Shown in pieces: positions 62,532 through 64,000 of a stretch of DNA of 64,000 nt (the first letter of the stretch is position 1; each line of letters starts with the position of its first letter). The position numbers and the translations under genes are program-made. The notes under the pieces were generated by a model that made no database searches, had not been told where the DNA came from, and was given only the letters and a program-made list of their open reading frames with translations. The stretch comes from Aulosira sp. ZfuVER01 (GTDB lineage Bacteria > Cyanobacteriota > Cyanobacteriia > Cyanobacteriales > Nostocaceae). The stretch spans positions 92,412 through 156,411 of the forward strand of contig JAVRCV020000065.1 of the NCBI GenBank assembly GCA_034530615.2. The letters are read 5' to 3'.

Positions 62532-63803
62532 ATGAGTTACTACATTGCTCCTCGTTTTTTGGATAAACTCGGTGTCCACATTACCAAAAACTTCTTAGAT
62601 CTTCCTGGGGTGCGAGTACCCTTGATTTTAGGAATTCATGGACGTAAAGGTGAAGGAAAGTCTTTTCAATGTGAGTTAGTCTTCGAGAAAATGGGTGTCG
62701 AAGTGACTCACATCTCTGGTGGAGAATTGGAAAGTCCAGATGCAGGAGATCCAGCACGTTTAATTCGACTGCGCTATCGGGAAACAGCGGAATTAATCAA
62801 AGTGCGCGGTAAAATGTGCGTGCTAATGATTAATGATTTAGATGCAGGTGCAGGTAGATTTGATGAAGGCACTCAATATACTGTAAATACACAGTTGGTG
62901 AATGCCACACTGATGAATATTGCTGATAACCCTACAGATGTGCAGTTACCTGGAAGCTACGATTCCACACCTTTACATCGTGTACCAATTATTGTCACAG
63001 GCAATGATTTTTCTACCCTTTATGCACCATTAATTCGAGATGGTCGCATGGAGAAATTCTACTGGGAACCCAACCGCGACGATAAAGTGGGAATTGTGGG
63101 CGGAATTTTTGAACCAGATGGACTTTCTCAGCGAGAAATTGAACAGCTAGTTGATACATTTGCCAATCAATCAATTGACTTCTTTAGCGCTTTGCGATCG
63201 CGCATTTATGATGAACAAATCCGGGAATTTATCCATAAAGTAGGATTTGAGCGTGTTTCCTTACGTGTGGTAAACAGCTTGGAAGGGCCACCAGCATTTA
63301 AAAAGCCAGACTTTAGCCTGTCTCATTTAATTGAATCTGGTCACTTGATGGTAAGTGAGCAAAAACGGGTGGAAAATTCCCAGTTGGTTGATGAGTACAA
63401 TCGCCTCAATCGCGGTAGAAGTTATCAAGCTGCGCCACCTGCTGAGGTAACACCAACTAGTCAGCCGTCAAGCAATGGTGGAAATCAAGCTCCAAAAACT
63501 AACGGTTTTCACAAGGAAGTATCGAGTCCACATTTAACCTTAGAGACACAAGAACAGATTCGGCAAATTTTGGCTCAAGGTTACACGATTAATATTGAAC
63601 ACGTTGATGAACGTCGCTTCCGCACTGGTTCTTGGCAAAGTTGTCTTAACACCCACATCGATGCACACTCAGATGCAATTTCAGCGTTGGAATCATGTTT
63701 AACTGAATATAGCGGTGAGTACCTGCGCTTGGTAGGAATCGATCCGAAGGCGAAGCGGCGGGTGATAGAAACGATTATTCAGCGTCCGAACGGGAAAAAT
63801 TAG
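62532..63803 (+). CDS. rca: RuBisCO activase (AAA+) with C-terminal RbcS-like domain
   Basis: GRKGEGKS, INDLDAG and RDGRMEKF motifs; linker followed by EHVDERRFRTGSW...YLRLVGID. Confidence 0.95.
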   Translation: MSYYIAPRFLDKLGVHITKNFLDLPGVRVPLILGIHGRKGEGKSFQCELVFEKMGVEVTHISGGELESPDAGDPARLIRLRYRETAELIKVRGKMCVLMINDLDAGAGRFDEGTQYTVNTQLVNATLMNIADNPTDVQLPGSYDSTPLHRVPIIVTGNDFSTLYAPLIRDGRMEKFYWEPNRDDKVGIVGGIFEPDGLSQREIEQLVDTFANQSIDFFSALRSRIYDEQIREFIHKVGFERVSLRVVNSLEGPPAFKKPDFSLSHLIESGHLMVSEQKRVENSQLVDEYNRLNRGRSYQAAPPAEVTPTSQPSSNGGNQAPKTNGFHKEVSSPHLTLETQEQIRQILAQGYTINIEHVDERRFRTGSWQSCLNTHIDAHSDAISALESCLTEYSGEYLRLVGIDPKAKRRVIETIIQRPNGKN

Positions 63804-64000
63804 ACAAATTGTTTGTCCACTCTGACAAATTAATGCTGCGATCGCACATTCAAGACTTATCAGAATTGATGATGCGATCGCTTTTACTGTTTGAGTGTAA
63901 AGGGATAGGTGGAGCATTGACCATAGGGGTTGCCGTAGGCATCGCTTAATCCCTCTTTTGTTACTACGGGAGGAGTATAATCAGGAAGGAAATCGGAAAC

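Overview
This window is chromosomal DNA from a heterocyst-forming cyanobacterium (Nostocales-like). The evidence is dense HIP1 GCGATCGC sites, STRR heptamer repeats, rbcL-rbcX-rbcS followed by rca, and an rnpB gene with a repeat-expanded P12 helix. The backbone is housekeeping: trxA, Yfr1 sRNA, guaB3, galE, surE, psb32, rnc, rnpB, corA, groEL with a CIRCE operator, fabG, prmA, serA, panB, rbcLXS and rca. Two accessory zones stand out. (1) A signalling cluster at 32.8-40 kb holds an ethylene-binding-domain histidine kinase, a NarL-type regulator, an inserted DUF6888/DUF6887/RelE-like cassette, a lone receiver, and an AhpD-like/GAF/PAS hybrid kinase. A second ethylene-binding-domain kinase with a degenerate ATP-binding domain lies at 10.7 kb. 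(2) A conflict/defence-like zone at 43.4-54.6 kb holds a Ser/Thr kinase-WD40, two Uma2 genes, a methyltransferase-HIT fusion and a NACHT-HEAT NLR-like protein. It then carries an uncharacterised 158-aa helical protein followed immediately by a modular array of 14 x 21-nt repeats that is open on both strands. That gene-plus-array unit is my best candidate for an undescribed system. Several very small structured repeats with compensatory base changes are nested inside each other in intergenic regions. All calls come from reading the sequence and recalling family motifs; no searches were run.
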